From Candidatus Latescibacterota bacterium (lineage in GTDB: Bacteria; Latescibacterota; UBA2968; UBA8231): a stretch of DNA of 64,000 nt. Both the position numbers and the translations under genes were made by a program. The DNA lies in assembly GCA_963422735.1 (NCBI GenBank), contig OY730476.1, positions 2,720,001-2,784,000 of the forward strand. Direction: 5' to 3'. The notes beneath the pieces are model-generated. The model worked only from the letters and a program-made list of their open reading frames with translations, did not search any database and had not been told where the DNA came from. Below are positions 49,523 to 58,342 of this stretch, piece after piece. Position 1 is the first letter of the stretch; the number at the start of each line of letters is the position of its first letter.

Positions 49523-50116
49523 TCAAACCACTTCTTCGATCACCAGCGTCCAAGGACCCATGTAGTCTGGCAGATAGACATTTTCGATGGGACGGATTAC
49601 TCGGGCACTAATCTTGGTCGCTGGGGACAGCGCATCTTCCGCATCCAGTCTTAGATTGGGCACGATGGTGATCTGGTCGGATGAGTTGCCCTCGACCACT
49701 TTGACCACGGACACCAGTCGGTTCGCTATGTTGGCATAGTGCCCCGCTTTGGCGTTGTGTTTTTTTAGAACGCCGGACAGCGTGAGCATTCCGTCTGTCG
49801 TAGTTGCTTTGCTGGTGTACGTCCCGCTCCATGATGGGCTATCGGGCTCGAAGGTTGGGAGTGGCAGGTTGATGTCGGCATGGTTGCTCTGACCTTGCAG
49901 CGCATGAAGCCAAGCGGCGATGGCCCTCGCTCTGTCTCCGTTTTTCTGTATCGGAATACGTATCCCGCCTTCAAACCGGTAGTACTGGTTGCCGCGCTCG
50001 TAGGTGTATCGCTGTCCTGTCACGGGGCTTACGTAGGCCGACTGGCCCGGTGTGGCTAGTCGCAGGTTGTAACGGTCTGGCGTCGCGCTCAGTGTGATAG
50101 TGGTTAGCTTTGCCAT
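49523..50116 (-). CDS. Distal tail-like minor tail protein
   Basis: Directly after the tape measure gene; SPVTG..Y, AWL..L.G. Confidence 0.55.
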   Translation of the reverse strand: MAKLTTITLSATPDRYNLRLATPGQSAYVSPVTGQRYTYERGNQYYRFEGGIRIPIQKNGDRARAIAAWLHALQGQSNHADINLPLPTFEPDSPSWSGTYTSKATTTDGMLTLSGVLKKHNAKAGHYANIANRLVSVVKVVEGNSSDQITIVPNLRLDAEDALSPATKISARVIRPIENVYLPDYMGPWTLVIEEVV

Positions 50117-52922
50117 GGTTATGCGTATTCGCGTTGGGACGATGACGAATGATATATTGGTGCTGATAAGTTGAGGCCCTCGGCTGCTTCCTGCACTCCT
50201 CCCCGAAGTCTAGCTTCCCAGTGTCGATGAAGTCATATACTTGACCCAACAGGTTGTCAGTCACGCGGCGCATCGCTAGCTGAGATAGGCTTCTGGCCAA
50301 GTCCTCGACGACCTCTGACAGGCTCTTGAAGCCTTGGGTGGCCTTCAGTAGAGTGTCGGCCAAGATGTCGGCGGTGTCCTTGAGCGTGTCGCGCCATTCC
50401 TGCGTCCGCTCGTCGGTCAGACGTATGCCGTCGGCCACTCCGCGCAGCTCTGCTAGTCGGGCCTGTATTATGTTCGTCTGATCTTGTTCTGGTTGGGAGA
50501 GGTCTCGTCCTTTTGCCTGACCCATTATTTCATGCAGTTCAGCTTGCAGATCGTTGATCTGCTCGTTAACCTCGGAAGCTTGGAGCCGTAGTTGCGCTGT
50601 TACGGGCACTTCGAGCGGTACGGCTTCGACTGGCATTGCGTCCAACCGATCATCTCTATCTAATAATTCCGCGGCGTCTTGTATCAGCTTGTCCCGTTGC
50701 TTCTTCAGTTCTGGGGATAGCCCTTGTATTTCGCCTGTTTGAGCCTGTTCATTCCGCAGATTTGCGATATCGTCCTGAAAATGACGTAGACGATCTAGCA
50801 AGGCTTGCACCTGATTTTCATCTTCAGTTGCCCCTTCAAAAGCTGTTGTATCCGTCACCCCTGCGGCGGATAGCGTTTCTATCAGTTCGTCCTTGTTCGC
50901 TTGTATGGTTTCGGCTTGCTGTTGTAGGATATCTTGTAGTTGTCCGATCTGCACTGCGAAGTTTGTCAAGGGGGACACCCCCGACAGGTCGGCCAGTCCC
51001 AGCCTGTTGGTAGCCCGATCGACATCCTGCTGACGGCTAATATCGCTGAGCAGATCGGCAGCGGACATCGCAGATTCTTTCGCTACTTTAGTCCTATTCG
51101 TCCACTCTTCCGTATCAAATTCCAGCACCGCCGCGGCGTCTTGTATCAGCTTGTGCAGTTGCTTCTTCTGCTCTGCGCTTGGCGCGGTTTCCTTATAGTC
51201 CCCTCTCAAATTTTCGAGATAGCCCCTCAACGGAGAAAGGCGACCCAGCAAGGCTTGTAGCTGACCTTGCTCTTCAGTTACAGCCTGTTCAAAAGCGGTT
51301 GTATCCACCTTGGATTCGACTAGCTTTCCTCTCAGTTCGTCGCTGACCCTTTTCTGGTCGTCTAAGCGCTGTTGTATGACCTGTCGTAGGCTCTCGGCCT
51401 GTAGTGCGTAGTCTGTCTTCGAGGGTACCCCCGGCGGCTTGTACAGTCCCAGATCGCTGATAGCCTGATCGGTGGACTCGCGAAAGCGAATATTGCTGAG
51501 TAGTTCAGTAGCGGGAACTGGGCCTGGTTGGGCGACCCTCTCGTTCAGTTCGTTCAGTTTCTGCGCAAGCTCAGGGCTTATTTCGACCTCTCTCTGAAAA
51601 TTCAGTGCTCTACTCGGAGATACTTGTGCTTTCTCGCCACCTTTAAGGTCTACTGCATTTATCCCTTGGGTTTTTATCCATTCTTCTAATTGCTCCTGGG
51701 TGTTGTTGGCCCGCATTGTGTATTCTGGCTTGGGGAACAAAGGCGGTTGTCCTGTCGGCCCGTGCGGTTGTCCTGTCGGCTCGTCCTCGCTCATAAGGAG
51801 GTCTTTAAGCCAAGCCGCCCCGGCGACACTGCCAGCAACCTGTAACGCCTTCCCACCAGATTTTCCTAATTTTCCTATGTTCCCGCTTTTACCAGCTAAT
51901 TTTAACCCTTTGTATGCACTGTGGGCCCATTTGGCAGCACTGTAGCCCCTTCCAAGAGCGGAGAAGCTAGTCAGGACTAACAGCATGTCGACTGCAAAGT
52001 CTACCACTTGACGGCCTCGTTCCTCAGCCTCTCTTGGCGTACCTCCAAGTCCTGCGGGCGTCAGTTGCCCCAGCTTGCCAATGATCTCGACCACTCGGTC
52101 GAGGGCCCCCTTAAAGCCTGCCTCCAGTATAGGGGCCGCCTCGCGCAGCTTCGTCAGCATGTTCGATATGGGATCTTCTAGGTCGCCAAAGACGCGGAGC
52201 ATGGACGTTTTGAACTCCATGGCGGTGACGTGGTATTCGCCTCGGACGCGTGCCAAGCCCTCTATCTGCTCGGCTTTTGCCTTCCGCTCGTCCGCCCTAA
52301 AAGCAGCCAGTCGTTGCTCGAAATCTGGTCGCGTGGCCGCAGCCAGAAGAGCTTTGGCGTCTTCCTCGCCGAAGATGGGGCGAGCGATGGCCTCGCGGCG
52401 ACCCACATCCTCCATGGCGGCCAGCCGTTGCAGCATCTCGTCAAGCAGGTCTGTGGTGGGCCGTATCTTGCCTTGGGCGTCTTCGAGTTGTAGCCCGATC
52501 TCGCGGAAGAACTGGCCGCGCTCGGCGTCCGGCTCGACCCATGCCTCTCCTACGGACTCCACGAACGTCAGGATGGCTTCGGATACGTTATCGAGGTCGG
52601 CAGCGAAGACTTTGGCGTAGGCCTGCACATCATTGAGGGAGATGCGGCCTCGCACACTGAGAAGCTGTAGCTCCTCCCCGAGCATGGCCGCTTCGCGGGC
52701 GGCGGCCCCCAGCGAGAAGACCGCGGCACCAGCCGCCACCGAGCTCCACTGCTTCAGCGACTGGATGCCCTGCCGCACCCGGTCGTTGTACTGCTGTATG
52801 GCCCGCTGGTTGCGGCGCAGTTGTCGTCGCTGTTTCTCCAGCTCTGCGGCGGTGCGGCGCGACCCCTGTACGAACTGGGCGTAGCGAGCCTTTATGTTGG
52901 CAACCACTTCTGGGACAGCCAC
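49971..52922 (-). CDS. Tail tape measure protein (3' end probably frameshifted; natural stop likely at 50119-50121)
   Basis: ~950-980 aa helical Ala/Gln/Glu-rich protein downstream of the tail chaperone; contains an internal duplication. Confidence 0.8.
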   Translation of the reverse strand: MAVPEVVANIKARYAQFVQGSRRTAAELEKQRRQLRRNQRAIQQYNDRVRQGIQSLKQWSSVAAGAAVFSLGAAAREAAMLGEELQLLSVRGRISLNDVQAYAKVFAADLDNVSEAILTFVESVGEAWVEPDAERGQFFREIGLQLEDAQGKIRPTTDLLDEMLQRLAAMEDVGRREAIARPIFGEEDAKALLAAATRPDFEQRLAAFRADERKAKAEQIEGLARVRGEYHVTAMEFKTSMLRVFGDLEDPISNMLTKLREAAPILEAGFKGALDRVVEIIGKLGQLTPAGLGGTPREAEERGRQVVDFAVDMLLVLTSFSALGRGYSAAKWAHSAYKGLKLAGKSGNIGKLGKSGGKALQVAGSVAGAAWLKDLLMSEDEPTGQPHGPTGQPPLFPKPEYTMRANNTQEQLEEWIKTQGINAVDLKGGEKAQVSPSRALNFQREVEISPELAQKLNELNERVAQPGPVPATELLSNIRFRESTDQAISDLGLYKPPGVPSKTDYALQAESLRQVIQQRLDDQKRVSDELRGKLVESKVDTTAFEQAVTEEQGQLQALLGRLSPLRGYLENLRGDYKETAPSAEQKKQLHKLIQDAAAVLEFDTEEWTNRTKVAKESAMSAADLLSDISRQQDVDRATNRLGLADLSGVSPLTNFAVQIGQLQDILQQQAETIQANKDELIETLSAAGVTDTTAFEGATEDENQVQALLDRLRHFQDDIANLRNEQAQTGEIQGLSPELKKQRDKLIQDAAELLDRDDRLDAMPVEAVPLEVPVTAQLRLQASEVNEQINDLQAELHEIMGQAKGRDLSQPEQDQTNIIQARLAELRGVADGIRLTDERTQEWRDTLKDTADILADTLLKATQGFKSLSEVVEDLARSLSQLAMRRVTDNLLGQVYDFIDTGKLDFGEECRKQPRASTYQHQYIIRHRPNANTHNHGKANHYHTERDARPLQPATSHTGPVGLRKPRDRTAIHLRARQPVLPV

Positions 52923-52924
52923 GC

Positions 52925-53164
52925 TTAGCCTTGTTCCTTTCGATACGACCCGTAGAGGGCCGCTAGGTTACGCAGCCCTTCTATGCGCTTCTCTGGGTCG
53001 TTTTCCTCGTCGTCTTCGGGTTCTGATGTCTTAAGGAAAGCAGCCGCTACCAGTGGGAAGGATGGGTAGCGAGCCAGATGACGCAGCCAGCCCTGGTACT
53101 CAACGTTGGGGAGCGCGTTGACTTGGGCTAGCGTGAGACCGAGGGCGCGAGCGACTAGGTAGGG
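52925..53164 (-). CDS. gpT-like C-terminal extension of the tail assembly chaperone (-1 frame, no own start codon)
   Basis: Open -1 frame YLVARALGLTLAQVNALPNVEYQGWLRHLARYP...RKEQG* ends 2 nt before the tape measure start; not in the ORF track. Confidence 0.7.
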   Translation of the reverse strand, partial: PYLVARALGLTLAQVNALPNVEYQGWLRHLARYPSFPLVAAAFLKTSEPEDDEENDPEKRIEGLRNLAALYGSYRKEQG

Positions 53165-53517
53165 TCGTCGTTCTCGTCGTCCTCCTTCTGGTTACTCCGC
53201 TTGGGGCCGAAGCAGACCTCGCTGCACTTTTTAACCAGCGGGCCGTCCGCCCCACCCGTGCGCTGTATCAAGGCCCACGCCTGCTCGTCGCTCAGCTCGA
53301 CCGCCGCCGCGACCCGAACGGTCTCGACGATGATGCCGTTTGTTCGGGCACCGGCCTCTGGTGCTTCGCTGTCCAGTGCTTCCCACTGGCTCAAGATGCG
53401 GTCCGCTTCGGACTTGGACGGGTAGCGCAAGGGGATGGGTACGCCCTCGGCGGTCTCGTAGGGCGACGGCTGCGACTCGATCAGGGCGATCAATTCTTGA
53501 GTAGGTGTTTCTTTCAT
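53155..53517 (-). CDS. Tail assembly chaperone (gpG-like)
   Basis: 120 aa between tail tube and tape measure; AAGGAG RBS; ends ...DDPT*. Confidence 0.7.
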   Translation of the reverse strand: MKETPTQELIALIESQPSPYETAEGVPIPLRYPSKSEADRILSQWEALDSEAPEAGARTNGIIVETVRVAAAVELSDEQAWALIQRTGGADGPLVKKCSEVCFGPKRSNQKEDDENDDPT

Positions 53518-53525
53518 GGGACTCC

Positions 53526-54170
53526 TTATCCGCCAATGACGGGCAGTGCGACTTGTACTATGGGTTGGATGCCGATCGTGATGGAAGTACTGTCTTCGCT
53601 GAACGACGGCACGATAGGCCCCGTGATGACCGCATTGAAGGACCACGTCATGGACGGCACCAGGACCTTGTAGGACGCCGTGGCTGAGACATCTGAATCC
53701 GGTTTCTCGACCTTTATCGTCGTCCCGTTCACCTCGATGATAGGGTGGTACTTAGACCCCACCTTGATGACGGCTCCGACGAATGCTTCGCCTTTGTCGC
53801 CATCGGGGCCTCCGCCCGCGAAGGTACAAGCCCCATTGCTTCTGGCGATGGCGATAGTTTTGGAGCTATCCCCTGGGAACAGCTCCATCTTCTTCGTGGC
53901 GATCTCGATGTTTTTTAATTCGCCGCAGACCCAGCTATCGTACATGCTGCTCCACACGTCTAGCGCGAAGGATGGGTTGAAATCCGCACTATAGCTGGGA
54001 ATGTCGCCGGACGTTGTTATGACCTGCACCCCGTCGAAGTCGCGGATATTGCTGACGTTGCGCTCGCCGCCGGACGACGTCAGAGACCGTAGGCCGGGCA
54101 CACGCACCCCCCCTACTTTGAAGTCCATGTGCGCGGTCGGGATGGTGGCTGGGGACAGTTTCTTGGCCAT
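53526..54170 (-). CDS. Major tail tube protein
   Basis: 214 aa beta-rich protein, position upstream of chaperone and tape measure; SGGER...D, W.F.A.I motifs. Confidence 0.65.
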   Translation of the reverse strand: MAKKLSPATIPTAHMDFKVGGVRVPGLRSLTSSGGERNVSNIRDFDGVQVITTSGDIPSYSADFNPSFALDVWSSMYDSWVCGELKNIEIATKKMELFPGDSSKTIAIARSNGACTFAGGGPDGDKGEAFVGAVIKVGSKYHPIIEVNGTTIKVEKPDSDVSATASYKVLVPSMTWSFNAVITGPIVPSFSEDSTSITIGIQPIVQVALPVIGG

Positions 54171-54180
54171 TGTTTTTTCT

Positions 54181-54660
54181 CTATCCGATAAGGCTGCGCG
54201 TGGCAGCCGAGTTCGTGCGACCGAGGTCGTCTATCGCCTTGGCCATGCTACGACGTAGGGCGTCTTCGATGGCTTCGACCGTCACATTCGATTGCAAAGC
54301 CTTCTCGACAAAGCGATTGGCGCGGATGCGCCCAGTGCGGCCTCCGCTTTTCTTGCGCCGCCGCGGCACCGTGCCCAGCGTCTGAAGGTGCGTGTGCGGG
54401 GCACCGACCAGCAGGCCGATGCGTCGCTCGCCAGCCACCTGCACCCGCTGGCTCCGGCCCGTCTTGTCTGCCTTGCCACGCAGCCGCCGACGAAGCAGGC
54501 CGGTGCGCACGGGTGCGCCGCGCCGCGCTTCCTTAGCGGCAGCACGAGCCACCCGGACACCCGCTTGGCCGTATGCGTGATCCGCAAAGCGCGGGGTGTC
54601 CAGCTCGTTCAGCAGACCGATCAGTTCCTCTAGGCCTAGCAGTTCAAGGTCAAGTTCCAT
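54181..54660 (-). CDS. HK97 gp10-like tail/neck component
   Basis: GLEEL...L..L, APVRTGLLRR, HL...GT..R, I.ANRF. Confidence 0.75.
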   Translation of the reverse strand: MELDLELLGLEELIGLLNELDTPRFADHAYGQAGVRVARAAAKEARRGAPVRTGLLRRRLRGKADKTGRSQRVQVAGERRIGLLVGAPHTHLQTLGTVPRRRKKSGGRTGRIRANRFVEKALQSNVTVEAIEDALRRSMAKAIDDLGRTNSAATRSLIG

Positions 54661-54831
54661 CGTGTCGCCTGTGATTGGGGAGTACTAGAAATAATCAGGA
54701 AAACTGTCTTCTTTGGCAAGGTGTCCCAAGTCGTCAGCAGCTTAGCTGAGGACCGCCAATCTTTCTGTCTCGGTGATAAAATTCTATCATTTTATACTGG
54801 ATGATACGGAGGTGCTTCGTAGGTTGTAGGT

Positions 54832-55272
54832 ATGGAAACCAGCGGCGGCAAATGGATCAGGCCAGACAAGCGGTTGGCCATCTACTTGCGAGACGGCCTT
54901 GCCTGCGTTTGGTGTGGGTGGGCTATCGAGGATGGCGAGCGGCTGAGCTTGGACCACATAACCCCCCACTCTAAGGGGGGCAGCAACGGAGCCGACAACT
55001 TGATCGCTTGCTGCCTCCGCTGCAATTCCTCGCGGCAGGATCGCAGCATCGACGAGTTCGCCCAGCGCGTGGTGGAGTACCACAAGAAGGGCGACCCCTC
55101 GGAGATCCTGGCGCGCATCGAGTACCACAAGAAGGGCGACCCCTCGGAGATCCTGGCGCGCATCGAGCACAAGCTGGGTCTCGACTTAGCCCCTTATCGA
55201 GACGAGGCCAAGCGAATCATCGCCCGGCGCAAGGACGAAAGGACGGGCAACCCCTGTGGTGGTGTCTCGTGA
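54832..55272 (+). CDS. HNH endonuclease
   Basis: RD...CVWCG...LDHI.P.SKGG.N...NL..CC..CN. Confidence 0.88.
   Translation: METSGGKWIRPDKRLAIYLRDGLACVWCGWAIEDGERLSLDHITPHSKGGSNGADNLIACCLRCNSSRQDRSIDEFAQRVVEYHKKGDPSEILARIEYHKKGDPSEILARIEHKLGLDLAPYRDEAKRIIARRKDERTGNPCGGVS
55075..55164 (+). repeat. Perfect 45-bp tandem duplication inside the HNH gene
   Basis: GAGTACCACAAGAAGGGCGACCCCTCGGAGATCCTGGCGCGCATC x2 (EYHKKGDPSEILARI x2). Confidence 0.95.
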
Positions 55273-55289
55273 CATCACCACAGGGGTTG
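55248..55289. repeat. 19-bp near-perfect inverted repeat over the HNH stop codon
   Basis: CAACCCCTGTGGTGGTGTC-TCGT-GACATCACCACAGGGGTTG. Confidence 0.85.
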
Positions 55290-55325
55290 TGGTGCATTAA
55301 AATCTAACCCAAGAAGGATGCAAAT

Positions 55326-55607
55326 ATGAGGTTTTTTCTTCAGAACGATAAAGGGGAGGAGACGAGTATTCACCTAACCCGATATACACACGGGGACGGA
55401 TCCTACCATAGCGCTATTTCCAGACGAGTAGCCCGCCGCCTGCGTAAATTTGCGAAAGGGGGGTGGATTCGGTGGAGCGAGAAGTCAGCATCGAATGGGG
55501 CAATGATTTTGCCCATTCGGGATGATTGGGATGGAGGGACGTGCCCGTGCCCGAGGTGTGTCTGGCTCGATGAGGATACGATCAGAATTCACAGTTATTG
55601 GGAATAG
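55326..55607 (+). CDS. Hypothetical protein with a CPCPRC motif
   Basis: AAGGA RBS, ATG, followed by a terminator hairpin. Confidence 0.55.
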   Translation: MRFFLQNDKGEETSIHLTRYTHGDGSYHSAISRRVARRLRKFAKGGWIRWSEKSASNGAMILPIRDDWDGGTCPCPRCVWLDEDTIRIHSYWE

Positions 55608-55644
55608 ATTTCAAACCAATCGAGTCCGCCCTTAAAGAGGCCTT

Positions 55645-55684
55645 AACGGTGGGGCTATCAATTATTGACAGCCCCACCGTTTTG
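55645..55684 (+). terminator. Rho-independent terminator
   Basis: AACGGTGGGGCT...AGCCCCACCGTT followed by T residues. Confidence 0.65.
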
Positions 55685-55734
55685 TCGTTAGCTCTATTAA
55701 TCCTCCCCCTCACCATAAACTCTTGGAGGATGTA

Positions 55735-56025
55735 ATGGAAAGTAAGCCGATCAATGATATTTTGGTCAGCCAAGGTCGTATCATGGAGCGGCTAGAGACA
55801 CAGGCCGGAGACATTGAAGAGTTGAAAGAAGATGTCAAGGTGTTGGAGCGTAGCCAGAATGAGGCCTCCATCGTCTTGGGTCGCCTGAAGGACTTGCCTG
55901 AGCAAATAGATGAGATGAAGCGATTCATCTATAAGGTTGGCGGCGGCATTCTGCTGATCGTAGTGCTGTTAGAGTCGTTTGTTGTCCTTCTCGCGCCTAA
56001 TATCCCCGCCATATTGGCAAGCTAA
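55735..56025 (+). CDS. Coiled-coil + C-terminal TM protein (XhlA/holin-like architecture)
   Basis: GGAGGA RBS; heptad repeats followed by a hydrophobic C-terminus. Confidence 0.6.
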   Translation: MESKPINDILVSQGRIMERLETQAGDIEELKEDVKVLERSQNEASIVLGRLKDLPEQIDEMKRFIYKVGGGILLIVVLLESFVVLLAPNIPAILAS

Positions 56026-56044
56026 GCCAGCATGACAACCCTTT

Positions 56045-57889
56045 TTATACTCTATCCACCAAATTGATGCCCCGCTCTCGCATCTGCCGGTAGAGGTCGC
56101 TCAGGCTGTTTGCTTCCTGTCTGCTTAGCTCCTCGGCGGCCCCGGTGGCCATGACCGACGCTACCAGCGGGTCGATCTTGCTCTCGCTCGTCGATTTCTT
56201 GAGTGCTCGGTTGTTCTGCGCGTCCGCCATGATCTCGCATCCGAAGCAGGCCCACCGCAGGACCGGGTTCTCGCGCACCCGCAGGCGGCCCGACAGCACG
56301 GCGATCTCGAACTGGTCGATGGAGCGAGGCATCCATAGACGCGGCTTGGGTCGCTCGACCTTGTTGCTGGCTGGCGGCGCGTTGGCCGGTGCGCCCGTGA
56401 AGCCTTGTGCATGGCGCAGCATGTAGAGCACCCCATCCTTGCGCCGCTCTGTCTGATTAGTCCATAGTATGCCGTGTTCGTCAAGGATGCGCTGGAGCTC
56501 GTCGATTCGCCAATGGTCGTACGCGCAGGCTTGCACGTAGCCGGTGGCCATCAGGCCGCGCAGCCACTCCACGACATATGCGAAGTCGATCACCGGCCCG
56601 GGCGTGGCCTCTATATATCCATCCTCAATCCATTTCAGGTACGGCACGTTGTCCTGCATAGCCCGCTGCGTCACGCCGTCCTTGGGCATCCAGCACTTCA
56701 CGTCCAGCCAGTATATTTTGTCGTCTCCATGACCCGCTAGTGTCACGTCCGCCCCGGCGGTCAGGTCAGCCTTCCGACTCAGGTCGAGGGCTAGGTAGCG
56801 CGGGCCGGGCGGTGGGTCCCATGCGTCGTACGGCACGACGCAGGCGTTGAACCGGTCGACGTCCAGCCACGGGTTGAGGGCCTCGGTCCACCGACCAAAG
56901 TTGAGTCGATCGACCAGTGCCCGCTTGGACGGGTTGCCCTCGGCGGCGGACACCTCGCTCCGCAGGTACTCAAGCGTCGGCGTCCAAGGCATGGACGGGT
57001 TGGCTTGCTCCCAGCACGACTCGTCGGCGAAAGGGTCGCTGTCGTCGTCCGTGTCGGCGATGAAGGCAAAGTAGTCGTCTCGCTCAATCACGCCGGTGGC
57101 TATCTGCTTGGCGATCTGATCTTCGATGTAGCAGCAGGACTGGCGGGACGAGCCGGCGTTGGTCAGGATGATAGTCAGGGGTTGCAGGCGGTCCTTGGCT
57201 CCCATAGACAGAAACTCGAGCATGGCGTCGCTGGCCGCCTCGTGGTACTCGTCTATGATCGTCATGGACGCATTAGGGCCTGACACCCCCTCGCCCATGC
57301 TGTCGCTGGACACCCGCATGAACTGCCCTCGGCTCTGGTTGTGTATGATCCTGTTGGGCGTAGAGCCGCCGAGGATGGTGAAGTGCTCATTCAGGTGGGT
57401 ATGATTGATCATCTCGGCCGCTTGAACGAATAGGGGGGCTGTCTGCGCGAAGGTGCGGGCGGCAACATAGACCTCGGCTAGGTGCTCGCGGTCGATATGT
57501 AGATGGGCTATGGCGAGCCCGGCGACCAGCGGCGACTTACCGCTCCCCTTCCCTGTCCTCAGGTAGGCCCGCCGGAACCGGCGCACCCAGATAGGGTGTC
57601 CGTCCGCTGGATGAGATTGGCAGGTGCGCCACCCGTATAGGCAGCCCACGAAGAACTGCTGCCAAGGTAGCAAGCGGAAGGGCTGTCCCGCGGATACGCC
57701 CTTGACGAAGCGCAGGTTGGACTCGAAGAATCGCCCGGCCGCCGCCGCCGCCTTGCGGTCGAAGACGAAGGTAGCGCTCTGTCTGTCGAGGTCGTCGAGA
57801 TGGCGCTGGCAGGAGGCGACCAGCGAGTTGCCAGCGGGTCGGTCGCCGCGCACCACGGACTGAGCATACTGAGTTACGGCGTCGGCCAT
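56045..57889 (-). CDS. terL: Terminase large subunit (Terminase_1, HK97/D3-like cos type)
   Basis: L.PWQ.F, Walker A GKGSGKS, Walker B IIDEYHE, W..ANP, nuclease ALDLS...DLT, YD.W, KID..VA. Confidence 0.95.
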   Translation of the reverse strand: MADAVTQYAQSVVRGDRPAGNSLVASCQRHLDDLDRQSATFVFDRKAAAAAGRFFESNLRFVKGVSAGQPFRLLPWQQFFVGCLYGWRTCQSHPADGHPIWVRRFRRAYLRTGKGSGKSPLVAGLAIAHLHIDREHLAEVYVAARTFAQTAPLFVQAAEMINHTHLNEHFTILGGSTPNRIIHNQSRGQFMRVSSDSMGEGVSGPNASMTIIDEYHEAASDAMLEFLSMGAKDRLQPLTIILTNAGSSRQSCCYIEDQIAKQIATGVIERDDYFAFIADTDDDSDPFADESCWEQANPSMPWTPTLEYLRSEVSAAEGNPSKRALVDRLNFGRWTEALNPWLDVDRFNACVVPYDAWDPPPGPRYLALDLSRKADLTAGADVTLAGHGDDKIYWLDVKCWMPKDGVTQRAMQDNVPYLKWIEDGYIEATPGPVIDFAYVVEWLRGLMATGYVQACAYDHWRIDELQRILDEHGILWTNQTERRKDGVLYMLRHAQGFTGAPANAPPASNKVERPKPRLWMPRSIDQFEIAVLSGRLRVRENPVLRWACFGCEIMADAQNNRALKKSTSESKIDPLVASVMATGAAEELSRQEANSLSDLYRQMRERGINLVDRV

Positions 57890-57904
57890 ACTACATGAGC
57901 GTAT

Positions 57905-58342
57905 TCAGGCCCCCACGTCGTCCGGCAGCTCGGGGTCTGTATGGATGTCGTCGTATGCCGGGTCTTTGGGTGTGATGTGGTCGGCGGCCATCCGCTCAAT
58001 CTCTTGGGCGACGCCCACCATACGGTCGCGGCGGTCAGACGCATGCTTCAAGGCCGGCGTCATCATCGCCACCATCTTGGCGACCAGCATGGGATCCTCT
58101 TCTCCACTCTCAACCCTCTGGGTCACCACGCGCATGGCGCTGCGGGCGTCCGACAGGAACGCTTCGAGGATGTCGTCGTCGTCTTTGGGCGGCGGTGCCG
58201 CCGCCCGGGCAGCCTCGATCCACTTGCGGACTGTCACCGGCGCAACGCCGGCCGCCTTGGCGATGGCGTCGGTTCGCTTGCCCTGTGCGGCCATGATGAG
58301 CACTTGGGCGCGGATGCTGTCGGGCTTGGCTACGGTTGGCAT
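57905..58342 (-). CDS. Probable terminase small subunit (N-terminal HTH)
   Basis: IAKAAGVAPVTVRKW HTH, directly upstream of terL. Confidence 0.65.
   Translation of the reverse strand: MPTVAKPDSIRAQVLIMAAQGKRTDAIAKAAGVAPVTVRKWIEAARAAAPPPKDDDDILEAFLSDARSAMRVVTQRVESGEEDPMLVAKMVAMMTPALKHASDRRDRMVGVAQEIERMAADHITPKDPAYDDIHTDPELPDDVGA

Noticed and set aside
55075-55164. CRISPR-like or DGR-like repeat
   Set aside because: Two identical adjacent 45-mers with no spacer and no A-specific mismatches; no cas or reverse transcriptase gene in the window.
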